This document shows positions 35,934-48,763 of a stretch of 64,000 bases of DNA, piece by piece; position 1 is the stretch's first letter; each line of letters begins with the position of its first letter. The stretch is from Octopus sinensis (taxonomy: Eukaryota). The notes beneath the pieces were generated by a model that saw only the letters and a list, made by a program, of their open reading frames with translations, was not told the origin of the DNA and searched no databases. Position numbers and translations under genes: made by a program. The stretch spans positions 101,742,001-101,806,000 of the forward strand of contig NC_043003.1 of NCBI RefSeq assembly GCF_006345805.1, in the 5' to 3' direction.

Positions 35934-37900
35934 TCTTTTTATTGTCCACAAGGGCTGACACACATGATTAGAAAACATTAAGGGAAAAAACAGGATGAAA
36001 GGTTACAAAGGGTTTGTCCGTTTGTGAAAAAATCGTGTAAAAACAGTGTAACAATCAAATAATATAACAACGAAAAAATCCCAATAGGGGGAGGCATTAC
36101 GAAAGGTTCCTGGTGGAAAAAACCCATAAAAGCCAACGGGAGCCTGGTCAAAAGGGGGGTAAGGAGCCCCTTTCTCCTTTTTCAATTACAGGCGAAACCT
36201 CAGAATTGGTCCATTTATACTGGCCATTCTTGCACAATTCACCCACCTTTCAGAAAACTTGCTATCAGACAGCACTCTCCTCTCTAACCTCATCTTCCTT
36301 TTCAAGTGAAACTTGAAAAAGTTGATGAGGCCTTGACCAAAGAGGAAAGTATCTGACTTTAGCCCTTTCAAACGGGTCCACCATACAACCTCTTTTGCCA
36401 CAGCCACTAGGCAGAGGAAAATGGCCTTGCCCTCCTTGTTAAAGGAGGTCGGCGGGGCAATCCTCACTATGGATTCAGCTGATAGCCGGATCCGTCCTAT
36501 ACGTGACAGTAGCTGTTCGACATAGACCCATAGTTCAGCAATACTCGGGCACTGGACGAGTGCGTGCAAAACGGGTTCATCGTCCGGGCAACATATGTGG
36601 TATCTTGGTTTTCTACCCTCTATCATCACTGATAGTGAGTGCCATTCAAGAGATACTTCATTAATATATGGTTGGTTAGTTTGTATGGTCAGTTCCACAC
36701 CTATACCTGACCAGTTTTATAGCAGTATTTTCTTTACCTCCAAGATAGTCACCTCTTCCTCTATAGCTACCAAGGTGGATGCTACCATTCAGGTAATGGA
36801 TATTTCTGGTGGCATGTTTATTACCCTAACTTTAGCAAGGCATTGGTCACAATAGCTAAGGATTAAGAAGAATTATTCATTTCTCAATGTCATTGTGAAA
36901 TGAATCCTGGCTTCTTCTTCAGTCCAAAATCTCCCTTCAATCAACCAAAACTTCTTTCCTCGAGTGGTATGGGTGTTGTATTCTCACATGTACCCAAGGT
37001 GTTTTCGAATTTGGGTCTCAGTTGCATTTTCCACCTGGTTCAATTTTGCACTGTTGCAGCAGTATGTAACAGCCCATCTCAAAATGTTTCTGACCACCTC
37101 GGGTGGAGGGTTGAGAGCTGCTCCTCTCATTTCTTTTTTACAATTTTTTTGGTTCATAATTCTTTTTCTATGGAGAAATCTTCCAGATTTCTTTTTTTTT
37201 TTAGGTTTATCATAGGTATTGTTGATGCTGTTGCTGTTGCTGTTGAGTGAACGGTCTTTGTCCCAGAGCTCGCAAGATGGGAGAAGTCCGAAACGTGGTC
37301 CTTTTGCTAGTTGTAAGACCCACAGAAGAGAAAGCAGGTCAACCCCTGACACCGAGAGCATCGACGGATGGATGAATGCGCATCCAGGCTCAGCGGTTGT
37401 GTAGGAAGTCAGGGACAAGAAACAGGAAGAAAGAGTGAGAGAAAGTTGGAGCGAAAGAGTACAACAGAGGTCGCCACCACCCCCTGCCGGAGCCTCGTAG
37501 AGCTTTAGGTGTTTTCGCTCAATAAACACACACAACATCCAGTCTGGGAATCGAAACCGCGAGTCCGCTGCCCTAACCACTGGGCCATTGCACCTCCACT
37601 GCTGTTGCTGTAGATGTCCATGTTGTTGTTGATGTTGTTATTGGAACTGTCAAATTGTTGATTTTCGAACTGTCAAATGTTTTGAAGCTGTTAACAGACA
37701 AAAATGATTACCTTCTGTGTTTGTTTTATCTGGCGTGGCAGTGATGTCGTTTACTGTAGTCAATGCTCCACCAGTATTCTCTTGCTTTACAAACAAGGAA
37801 TGTGTCCTATCACCGAACATTATGATTAGATCTTTCTCCACCATGTTCCAAAATATTTAGAAAATAGCAAAATATTTGCTTTTTCTAAATAATTCAAGAA
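35928..37900 (-). mobile_element. Internally deleted Tx1 copy (ORF1 fused to ORF2 C-terminus), with a SINE insertion
   Basis: 3' UTR next to (AAT)n; ORF 36186-36698 reads ORF1 VMIEGRKPRYH directly into ORF2 CPDDEPVLHALVQC...RFRL*. Confidence 0.8.
37405..37599 (-). mobile_element. tRNA-derived SINE (same family as 5836-6115)
   Basis: Reverse complement GTGGAGGTGCAATGGCCCAGTGGTTAGGGCAGCGGACTC...GGTTTCGATTCCCAGAC. Confidence 0.85.
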
Positions 37901-38304
37901 AGTTAAAAATTATTGATGTGCACTCCCTGCAAAACAGAAATACTACCAGCACAGTCCAGGCAATGTTAAAAACAAGGCTGTATCAATTAAAATTAATGAA
38001 CCAAGACTTAACAGGCTGAAATGATTGAAAATACACTTATGACTTATGGAGCTTCAAGTTTCTGTGTCTTTCCAATATGACAGCTGCAATAATAACAACA
38101 ACAATATTTTCTTGACATACCTACACAAGTCTTCTCTCTGCACCCAAATTTGTTTCTTCATAACTTCGAAAAAAATGATTGCATTTTTTAAATGAAATTA
38201 TCTGCAAATATGCTTCAGTTGGTGCATATCCTGATTATATTGGAACCTGTTGTGAAAAAGTTTCCCAAGGATGGTGAGAGGAATTTTGAAAAATTCACAG
38301 TAGT

Positions 38305-38635
38305 CATTTGTTTCCTCATAACTTTCTGAAAAATGGATATTTTTTTAATAAAATTTTCCATAAACACCTTTCAGATGGTGTATATTATGATCATATTGGA
38401 ATTTAACATGAAAAACAAAAAATTGGTAGGCTCACACACATATACTGAGTTACATCACAAAATGAAATTTGAAATTTTGAAAAAATTGTGATGTGTGTCA
38501 GTATGTATGTGTGTGAGCTCTCCAATATTTTTCATATTAAATTCTGAAATATATACTTTTTATCTGAAAGGCATTTGTAAAAAAATTTCATAAAAAATAC
38601 CCATTTCTTTGAAAGTTATGAGGAAACAAAGTCAA
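38305..38635. mobile_element. Fold-back (palindromic MITE-like) element
   Basis: Arms TTTGTTTCCTCATAACTTTC... and ...GAAAGTTATGAGGAAACAAA are inverted down to a centre near 38470; related copy at 62477-62945. Confidence 0.7.
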
Positions 38636-38949
38636 ATTTGTGCATTTTCAGGAACTCCTCTCCCCACTCTCAAAAAAATTACTTTTATAACAAATTCCTA
38701 TATAACCAGAATCTGCTCCATCAGAAGCATATTTGTAAAAAAAAAAATTCATTAAAAAATATCCATATTCCTGGATGTTATGAGGAAACAAAGTGGTGGA
38801 GGAACACTTGTGTAAGTATGCCATTTTCATTATTAACTACAAAAGGTTTACATTAAGAAACTCATTAAGGATGGCACAGGACAAAACAATGAGAGTGTGC
38901 ATGTGTGTTTGAGTGTTTTGCATGTAAAAAAGAATTTTAAAAAACTTTT

Positions 38950-41900
38950 AATAATGAGTGTTCTTGAATAGCAAGATGTTGGAGGACTGCTCATGGAAAA
39001 CCCCCATAAAATCATGGGTGCCCTGGCTTCAAGGGCAGATGCCTTTTCTCAGTTCTTTATCTCCAACTGACATGCATATGCTCATGGCAGATTTGTTTGC
39101 ACCCCCATGCACATCACTCAACCACCTTTCAACAAAATGGCTGGAAGGCAATACTTCCCTCTCCTCTCTTATTTTCCTCTTCAAGTGAAACTTGAAGAAG
39201 TTGATGAGGGATTGGCCAAAGAGGAAAGTGTTTGTCTTCAGCCTTTAATCATGCAACTTCTTTCATCATGGCCACCAGGTATATAAAAACTGTTTGCACT
39301 TCTTGTTTAAAAGAAGGTGGTGAAGCGATTTTCACAATGGATTCAGTTGATAACTGGATCTGTCCTACAAGCTGTAGCAAGTAGGACATAAACCCACAGG
39401 TCAGGAATGCTTAAGCACTGGATGAGTGTGTGCAGGATGGTTTTGTCACCCTGTGCACATCTCAGGAATGTTTTGCTGATGGTACTTCCATACCTAAAGA
39501 GTTTATCTTAAACCAGCAATTCTCTCCAGTAGCACTGCCAGCCAGGGATTTCTGGAAGTTATCCATTGGCTCTGGGCTGAAAGTTCTCCAGAAGAGAGTG
39601 GCTAGTTGATTATCTTTGATGGCCAGGGTCTCCCAAAGAAAGTCATCACACCTTCCTGCCACTGATCTTCAACAGAACACTAAAGCAGATTTCCCACCTA
39701 ATGCAGTGCTTGACTGGCTGAAGGTTGGGAGCATTTGAAGACATTTCACTTTCCAAATACTCTCTGTCAGTCTCTGCTTGGTTCAGGACTTCAAATCCAC
39801 CAAAGAGACAAGCTGGAGGTACACACAGACAGCAATCAAGAAAGTGCTGGAGATGTCATAGCCTCAGTGCATGTTTGTGCATCAACAGCTATGGCATGCC
39901 CAATCCACCATGCAGCAAATGTTGACAATAAATGGATTGTCTGACCATGGGAAGGTGTCCCTTTCACCACAAGCAAAAGAGTATATGCTCCAGTGCAACC
40001 AGATGGGGACCAGGACAAGGCATGACAGTCAAGCAGGAACAACGTTGGCAGAATAATTGCAGGATTTTGTGCAGTTCCGAGGTGTGCATTGCAGTGATCA
40101 TTTCCCTGAATACGAATCCAAAATCAGCTGTCTCAAGGACTGCCACTAAGTACAGATGGTTGACCCTATAGAAAGCTGGTGGTAGTGGCCACCTTGGTGA
40201 CTATAGAGGAAGAGGTGACTATCTTGGGGGTAAAGAAAATACTGCTATAAAACTGGTCAGGTATAGGTATGGAACTGACCATACAAACTAACCAACCATA
40301 TATTGATGAAGTATCTCTTGAATGACACTCACCTATAAGTGATAATGGAGGGTAGAAAACCAAGATATCACATATCTTTCTATAGACCATCAGACCATCG
40401 ATGACAAGTACCAATCTTGTAGCTAACACCTTGGCCAAAATTTTGAACATTGCATTTAGCAGAATTATGGGCCTAAAATTATCAATATAGTCTCTTTTGT
40501 TTGGGTCTTTCCTCAGCAGTGCCACCACTTCTTGGCTTATAAAAACTGAGAATTCTCCATTCTGTTGTCAGTTGCAGTAAACATTTGCCAAGAGATCACC
40601 AAACAAATCTGGCAGCTTACCTTTTATCAATTAATTTTTGGCACTTTGAATTACTTTCAAATATTAGCTGGGGTGCTACAAGGAGATATGCTTGCACCAT
40701 ATCTGTTTGTAATTGTATTGGTTTCATCACAGACCAGCAATGATCATGGAGTACCAGCAGTAATCATCACAGACCTAGACTTCACAGATGATACAGCACT
40801 CTTATCTAATAGATCACTCATATTTAATAGATCAAGCTCAACAGCTGTTCAGCAGAGTAGAAACTTCAGTTGCAAAGATAGAACTACACACAAACATCAA
40901 GAAAACAGTATACATGTCTTTCAACCAATCAAATGATACTGAATTGTTTATTCTGAGTGGTTCCAAATTGTATGTTGCTGAAGACTTCATTTACTTAGGT
41001 GGTTGGGTGAGCAGTTTGGAAGCAGACTCACCACATGTCATGTCTGATTGTTTGAAGTCAGGAAGTGACATGTTATGTATTGGAGTTCAGAGATAACTGG
41101 GGGAATCCGTTGTTGCTATGGTAGGAAATGGTGTTGCAGTTGTTGTTGTTGGATTTTCTGTTGATATTATAGCTTGCGTTGTTGCTTTTTGGGCTTTGGT
41201 GGCTGTTATTTGTGGATTTCTTGGTACTGTGCGAAGAGAGGCGCTCTTCTCTTCCTCTTTCAATGTTGGGAAGAAGGCTCCTAGGTGTGTTGTTGAAAGG
41301 CAGGTGTGCCACTTGGCCTTTCTTTCATCCACTCTAATGGGCATGATGATGCCACTTGGGGGATGTATCTGATCTAGGATAGCATCTACATTATTTCAAT
41401 TGGTTTGGATGAGGAGTTCTATCCCCATTACCTATCAGTTCTTTCACTTGGTCAGACAGACATCAACGATTTTTGTTTTCCTCACTGTCTACCATGACAG
41501 CAGCAATTAGCCAAGGAATGGCTATTTCTGGAGGCACCTGCTGGACACAGATTCTTGCTGCAGTAGAAAGGAACTAACAAGAAATCCTCATTTTTCAGGG
41601 GTTTTAGAAGGAGTTTTTGCTTCCTCTTGTTTCAAATCTCATTTCCACTGTTCCATAACCCCTTCCTCTTTGTATATATTCTTTTAGGTTCCAAACAGAA
41701 CCTGACGCTTTTTGGATTTGAGCCTCAGTGGCTATTTCCAACCTTCTCAACTTTAATCCAATCATATGCTATGCCACCGTGTACAGTATTTTGTTTAATG
41801 TCATCTGTGGTGTTGTGTTTGATGGTTCGTCCATCTTGCTCACTTGACTGACTGTCTGCCCATTTTGATTTCTTCATCAGAGTAGTTTACTCTTTAAAAA

Positions 41901-42100
41901 GAGAATTTGGTGGCATTAGTGAAAGAGAGACTGGTTTTTTGGCTTGTTGGTCTGTTCTTTCATCGTTGCTGCTTTTGTTATTGTTGTTGTTGATTATGGT
42001 TTTGTTGTAACAATAGTGTTGACATTATTGATATTTTTGGTATCTGATTCTGAGATGAAGTTTCTGTTTTTCTGACATGCTGCAGAGCCTCCAAGAAAAC
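38950..42100 (-). mobile_element. Degenerate, rearranged Tx1 copy with foreign inserts
   Basis: 3' UTR and ORF2 C-terminus (38950-39680); RT pieces (40060-40575: RKDPNK..NFRPI); ORF1 (41050-42100: VPPEIAIPWLIAAV). Confidence 0.7.
40640..41030 (+). pseudogene. RT fragment of a different LINE family (RTE/Proto2-like)
   Basis: GVLQGDMLAPYLFVIVL, DLDFTDDTALL, NIKKT, DFIYLG. Confidence 0.75.
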
Positions 42101-43034
42101 TTTTAGGATTGTTCCATCAACCATCAACATGGAACTTGCAGAATATTTCTTCTTTTTGGCTCCTTGAATCTATAAAGGTATTGTAAAAGTATTTATTTTG
42201 CTGTATAGTGAAGAGGTCAATGTCCAAAGATTTTCAGGTTTGAAAGTTTTTCTAAATGTCACACATTGATTTCTACAGTTCGGAACTACCATAAAAATGG
42301 GAATTTCCATTTTAGGCCATTTTCAGAGGATGACCATTGATATTTAGAGTTTTTTTAAATGCTGTAGTTTTACATTTATCTACTCACCATCAGGTGTATT
42401 TTTTGAATATATATAGTTTTATATAGTTTCGACTTAGTGATAAGAAGTTATCCTAGTTCAAAAATTGCAGCCCGCCCCCACCATTCACTTGCAGTGAATG
42501 AATTCATGTGTTCTGTTAAAATTTACTGTAAGATTAGAGAAGATGGGATGCTCACCAATTGCTGTTGTTAAGTAATAACTACCTAAACTTAATTTAAAAA
42601 AAAAATAGTCCCCAAGACATAGATTTTTGTAATTTTTGGTTGGCTTGTTTTTTATCTTATTGTCTGAATGACTTGAGATAGTGGGGATTAAAGAAACGTA
42701 TTTTCCACAGTATGGTATCAAACCAGTATGGTATTGCACCCCAAAAAATAAAAGAAATTCAATATTTTGAAAATTTGAGAAATTGCCTAAAACTTTAAAT
42801 GGCTATAAAATCTGACTAGTAACAGGTATGGAGCTAAAATTTTCAAGAATTACCATGTAAATTTGAAGAAAGGTCTTAGGACCTTCACAACGAGCCCTTG
42901 TTAGAGTCTCTATCACTGAAATCATCCTACTCATAGTAAAACATCCAAATTGTGTTTACTTGAGGTCTCTTGGTGGAACTTGGAACAGCTCATATAAAAC
43001 AAAAGTAACAATAACATAAATACCAATAATAATA

Positions 43035-43250
43035 ATAATCCTTTCTACTAAAAGAACAAGGCTTGAAATTTTGGAAGAGGGGACTAATCTATTACATTGA
43101 CCCCAGTGTTTCACTGGTACTTAATTCATCGAACCAGAAAGGATGAAAGGCAAAGTCGACACCGGCAAAATTTGAACTCAGATCATAAAGATGGACGAAA
43201 TGCTGCTAAGCATTTTACCTGATGTGCTAATGATTCTGCTAGTTCAATAA
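43035..43250 (-). mobile_element. tRNA-derived SINE with Nin-like domain and (AAT)n tail
   Basis: Reverse strand: B-box GAGTTCAAATT, GTCGACTTTGCCTTTCATCCTTTC...AAGTACCAG. Confidence 0.75.
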
Positions 43251-43294
43251 CAACAACAACAACAATAATAATGATAATAATAATAATAACAATA

Positions 43295-43490
43295 ATCCTT
43301 TCTACTATTGGCATAAGGCCTTATATTTTTAGAGGAGGGTTGTAGGCAATTATATTAACCCCAGTACACAACTGATACTAATTTCATTGACCCCGAAAAG
43401 ATGAAAGACAAAGTTGACCAAGTTGACCTTGGCAGAATATGAACTCAGAACATAAAGACGGGTGAAATACTGTTAAGTATTTTTTCCGGA
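43295..43490 (-). mobile_element. Second tandem copy of the same SINE
   Basis: Same motifs, preceded on plus by (AAT/AAC)n. Confidence 0.75.
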
Positions 43491-44450
43491 AGACTAATAA
43501 TAAATCTAACACTTTACATTACTGTTATCCTTTATTTTCAAAACCTGGAAACATTTTTCTTCTATATTACCAACAGGATGTGCTTCGGAGTCAAAATAAA
43601 TTATTGTTTTTTACAGCATGCAACTTTGAGTGTAATAACTAGATGACTAGATTTTCAGGTTTACTGGTAAAACCAAAGACATTTCCATATGATCAAGATC
43701 AAACTGGTTTGGCCATTGTTTATTTGGTAGGGCGTATCATAAAGCCAGAAGGATTTTGGTTGCAGGAGTCTCTATATAGAAGAGGTGGCAACATATGCTT
43801 TTGAAATAGTATTTGGATCAGCAATGGTCAGAATGGTTTTATAATGTTATGACATAATCTCTTTAATGAAAACTGGACAAAACAGAGAACACAGTTGCAA
43901 AAATTAAAAAGAAAAAACAAAACAAAACAATTCACCACCTTGGGTTGAAAAGTTGGGGGCGCTGGGAAACCTCTCTAATGGCTATTGAGACATGCCAGCA
44001 CGCTTGCAGCGTTGCCACGGGTGATGGCGAAGCTGAAGCGCTGGAACAGTCAAGTGCCCTCACGAGTCTCACCAGTTACCTCTGCAAGGTGAGTTGCCAG
44101 TGAAGACTGGAATCTCGTAGTTAGTGGTCCAACCCCATCAAACGTCTCGATGGAAAATGTAGTTGGCCAACAGATCGTGGTATTTTAGGATTTTGTTCCA
44201 CTCGGCCGCAGAAGATGTGGATCTCGTCCTGACCGCAGCAGGGTTTCATATTAAGTTATTCTAATCAGGATAAACTTTTGGTGCATCTTCGTTTCAAGGG
44301 TTCCATGAAAATGTAAGTATTGGTTAATGTTTACATACTAACCAAAGTATTTACCTTGACATCGGGAAACGTTTAACATATCAAAAGTAATGGTATCTTT
44401 TTGGATGAAATGTGAAAAATGCAAATAAATAGTGTTAACATGCAGTTTAC

Positions 44451-45227
44451 GGATCTTTTCCTTTTGAACGGCACATGTCAACACAATTTCTAGTTAACTA
44501 AAAACATTTTAAAACTTCGTTTACTGGTAGAATGTGTATATAAAACATCATTTTTTCTTAGCTTTATTGAGAAAATTCTATAGTTTGTAAGATGTTTCGT
44601 CTGAAATTTCAAGCATTTCGGCAATTTTAACCAATTGCTGACCTCCATTTGGGGTGAAAACATTCCGGGCTGTATGAATATGTCCCTCGTTTAAGAAACA
44701 GATTGGGTTTATTTACATTCGCGAAGAAAAAAAGATACCCATCCCCCACCCCTAACCCTAAATCTAAAATAGATTGAAATGCAATAGATCGATACTAGGG
44801 TTATAATTATGGGTGACAATTTCATTTGATACTGCTACGGAAAATGGGATTTTTTTCTAGCCGTGTCAAATGAAAATGTCACCCATAATTATAACCCTAA
44901 TATCGATCTATTGCATTTCAATCTATTTTAGATTTAGGGTTAGGGTTAGGGGTGGGGGAAGGGTATCTTTTTTCTTCGCAAATGTAAATAAACCCAATCT
45001 GTTTCTTAAACAAGGGACATATTCATACAGCACGCCCCAAATGGAGGTCAGCGGTTGGTTAAAATTGCCGAAATGCTCGAAATTTCAGACGAAATATCTT
45101 ACAAACTATAGAATTTTCTCAATAAAGCCAAGAAAAAATGATGTTTTATAAACACATTCTACCAGTATACGAAGTTTAAAAGTGTTTAGTTAACTAGAAA
45201 ATTCCGTCCATCAAAAGGAAAAGATCC
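44451..45227. mobile_element. 777-bp fold-back element with ~380-bp arms containing TTAGGG repeats
   Basis: GGATCTTTTCCTTTTGA...TCAAAAGGAAAAGATCC termini; arms pair to a ~36-bp centre at 44830-44865; CCCTAACCCTAA in the left arm and TTAGGGTTAGGGTTAGGG in the right arm. Confidence 0.9.
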
Positions 45228-46014
45228 CATTTTAATGTATATAATACATCAAAATACAAATCCAAAAATCGAAAAAAACCCCCCACAAATATGAGGGCAG
45301 GAAAAAAGACAAAAAAAGGAAGAAAGAAAAAAAATGCGATAGAAACCGGAAGTGATGACCCAAATTTCAAGTACCTGGTGCATATATTGTATATAAGATG
45401 AAAACAATTACTTTTATAGGGAAGCCGAACAGTTAACGGCGCATGAAATGTGATTCGTGAGTAGTTTTTCTCAATCTCTAAATTTGTTTCGCCGCACATA
45501 GTCATGAAGATATGATGTAATTAATTATTTACTAAATCATCACTAAATCTATATTGTCACCTCAGTCTCTTTTGGTGAGCATCTGTTGCGCTTCTGGTTG
45601 ACAACTTCACGAGTATAGAAATTCCCTAGACGTACCTATGAAGCCATCCAATTTCAAGAGCGTTTTACAAAATTTTACTGTATCACCGCAGTCACAGTTT
45701 CTGTTTGCTTTTATTTTCTAAGAATTATTTACTTTTACTTTTTCACGATCGTAAATTGCATGCCAACAGAGAAACGGATGCGATATCTTTAAATAATTGT
45801 TCAAATTCATTCTCTTCAATTTCAATATGACACTAACACCACCTATATGAAACTGCATATATCACGGCAGTTGCCCTTCCTGTTGACACACAAATACTTC
45901 CACATTTACGAGGTTGGTCATACACCTAACCATACATGAGGTTGACGACTTGCACATATTCTCATCACAATCTGTACTAAACTGAATGCGATGAAGAAGG
46001 CCATAATATTGATT

Positions 46015-46225
46015 TCAAATTTTGGCACAAGACCTGCAATTTCGGGGAAGGGGATAAATCGATTGTATCGATCTCAATACTCAACTGGTACTTATTTTAT
46101 CGGTCCCGAAAGGATGAAAAGCAAAGCCGACCTCGGCGGAATTTGAACTCAGAACGTAGAGACGGGCGAAATGCCGCTATGATTTCGCTCGGCTTGCTAA
46201 TGATTCCGCTAGTTTGTCGCCTGGA
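46015..46225 (-). mobile_element. tRNA-derived SINE with Nin-like domain (well conserved copy)
   Basis: Retains CpGs; same family as 43035. Confidence 0.8.
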
Positions 46226-47688
46226 AAAACGTCATAATACTGGGGTCGCGGGGGGAGGGGATAATTGCCTCCTATGTATTTGCTGTTAATCTATCTCTCT
46301 TCTATTTTGTATTCGATACACCTGAGAACAATCAATAGCCATTTTTTGTTCTCATCAACATGAACGAAATCCTCAAATATTAGGCGATCCAACTAAATGA
46401 GAACATTACACTGAATAGTCTGCCAGTATTCTATTTGTCTACGTACTTTTTTCCCCTTTAATAGTCTCATTTTCTTAGAAAACACTTTCACTTTATGGCC
46501 TGGGAAAACACCAGACAAATACATTCACTTTCGTGAGATCCAGAAACGAAGTAGCTATATCTTTTCTTTATAGTTTAGTCAGACTGTGTACAGGATATTC
46601 TCACTCTCTTCATGATGGTCATTAGAACATCTGTTAGTCTATGTTTGTAAGGAGGAAAACGTGTGTAGGTAAAGATTCTGGAGGGTTAACGATTTTTTTG
46701 GAGCAAAGGATCGGGGAGAGTTGTTTGCATTGGGCCTAATTGAATTTAAGTATGGTTGACAAGAGGGAAAAAAATGGTGTTACACAACTATTTAGGAGAA
46801 GTAGAGGCTATTACAGAGTGTGTTGGTGAGTGACTCTTTGTCAGTCAGCTTTCTTTTTGGTTGCATCCATGATGTCTTTGTAGTTATGTCATTGTTCAAG
46901 ATGTAGGAGCAATATTACATGGCAGGTCATTTAAAGAACCAGTAGCTGGTTAGAGTTGAAGCTGTTTAGCACTAAGTCAACCACAATTTTGCCAGATTAA
47001 AGGTACTCCACTCATGATCGTCCTGTTTTGTTTTCAGGCATGATGTGTCTGAGACTATGTTATTCAGTATGTACTTCCTCATTTAAGACATTTTAAGCCT
47101 ATAATTTGATGCCAGATGAATTACAAATGACATCCCTGGCTGTTGTTATCTGTATGGATTTTGAAACTCTAATTAAAGTTGTTACTCAGGTAAATGAATT
47201 TGAAAAAGTTACTTATTTAAGAACATATTTAAATAATAAATAGGAAGTTTCAATGTTTGCAACATTAGAAATAATCTTAGAATTAAAAATGGGAATTACA
47301 AAAAATAGGGTGTAAGCTAATATTATTTTATGGCTGAATATTCAAGGGAGGCAACTCTAAACGTGTGTACCTTATTACATTTTGTCAGTAGCTATTTTCT
47401 GACGCTATAATAAACTTATACTTCCACCAACAAAGCCCTAAACAACAGAAATGCTCAAAGTTGTCTCCCTTCTCTATTTGCCTTAAGAATAATTGTTTGC
47501 TAATCCTAATGCCATGATGCATCAATAAAATGCTACTGAAACAGATGTGAATTTTGAGCCCCACTCGTGTCCTTTTGCACATGCCAGCATGGACAATGAA
47601 TGTTAAATGATGATGATACACTACACTTGGATCTACAGTTTATATTGGATGGGTACCTATGCTTATATCTGTCTGTGTATTTACATAT

Positions 47689-47750
<62 letters not shown>

Positions 47751-47947
47751 CAGGCAGGTAGGTAGGTAGATAGATGTGTGTGTGTGTATATACATATATT
47801 ATACTACCAAAAAATGACAAGAGTTGCTTCAATGTAATATATGCTCAGTACTTGGCCAATCCTAATGCACTATATGTTGATATACCTAGATTCTAATGAA
47901 TCCTGAAACTCATCTATCAGTCTGTCTCTCTCTCTCTATATATATGT

Positions 47948-48020
<73 letters not shown>

Positions 48021-48025
48021 GAATT

Positions 48026-48470
48026 ATGTGCCAGTGGAACATAAAAGAGCACCATTCGAGTGTGATCGTTACCAGCGTCGCCTTACTAGCACTTGAGCCC
48101 CATGCTAGTAGGGTGCCAAGAGCACCATCCGAGCGTGATCATTGCCAGAGCAGCCAACTGGCTTTGTGCCAGTGGCACATAAAAGGGCACCATTTGAGCG
48201 TGATCGTTACCAACGTCGCCTTACTGGCACCTGTGCCGGTGGCGTATGTAAAAAGATTCGAGTGAGGTCATTGCCAGTACCGCCTGACTGGCCCTGTGCC
48301 GGTGGCATGTAAAATGCACCCACTACACTCTCGGAGTGGTTGGCATAAGAAGGGCATCCAGATTGGAGCCTGGTGCGGCCGCCTGGTTCGCCAGCCCTCA
48401 GTCAAAATCGTCCAACCCATTCTAGCATGGAAGGTGGACATTAAACAATAATAATGATGATGATGATGAT
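48026..48470 (+). mobile_element. RTE 3' UTR fragment with 4-5 modules and tail
   Basis: TGTGCC(A/G)GTGGCAC modules, CACTACACTCTCGGAGTGG, CCATTCTAGCATGG, GGACATTAAAC...GATGAT. Confidence 0.85.
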
Positions 48471-48763
48471 ATATATATAATAATATATATATATAATAAT
48501 AATAATAATATTAGGGAGTATAGCTCCAAACTTACAGGGAAAAATTCGATTTAGTATTAAATCAAATTTCGCAGTATAAATATATAAAATATGAATTAGA
48601 GATAAAACCACTATTATGCAACTCAAACAGTGATAGACATAAACCAATACATAAATAACAAAGAATATAAATATAATTAATATAATATATATTATATATA
48701 TGTATATATAATTTTTTTTTCACTATGTGCCTATCTAAACAAAAAAAAAATATATATATATAT

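Noticed and set aside
44740-44960. Telomere or chromosome-fusion site
   Set aside because: Only 2-3 TTAGGG units, embedded symmetrically in a fold-back element rather than long head-to-head arrays.
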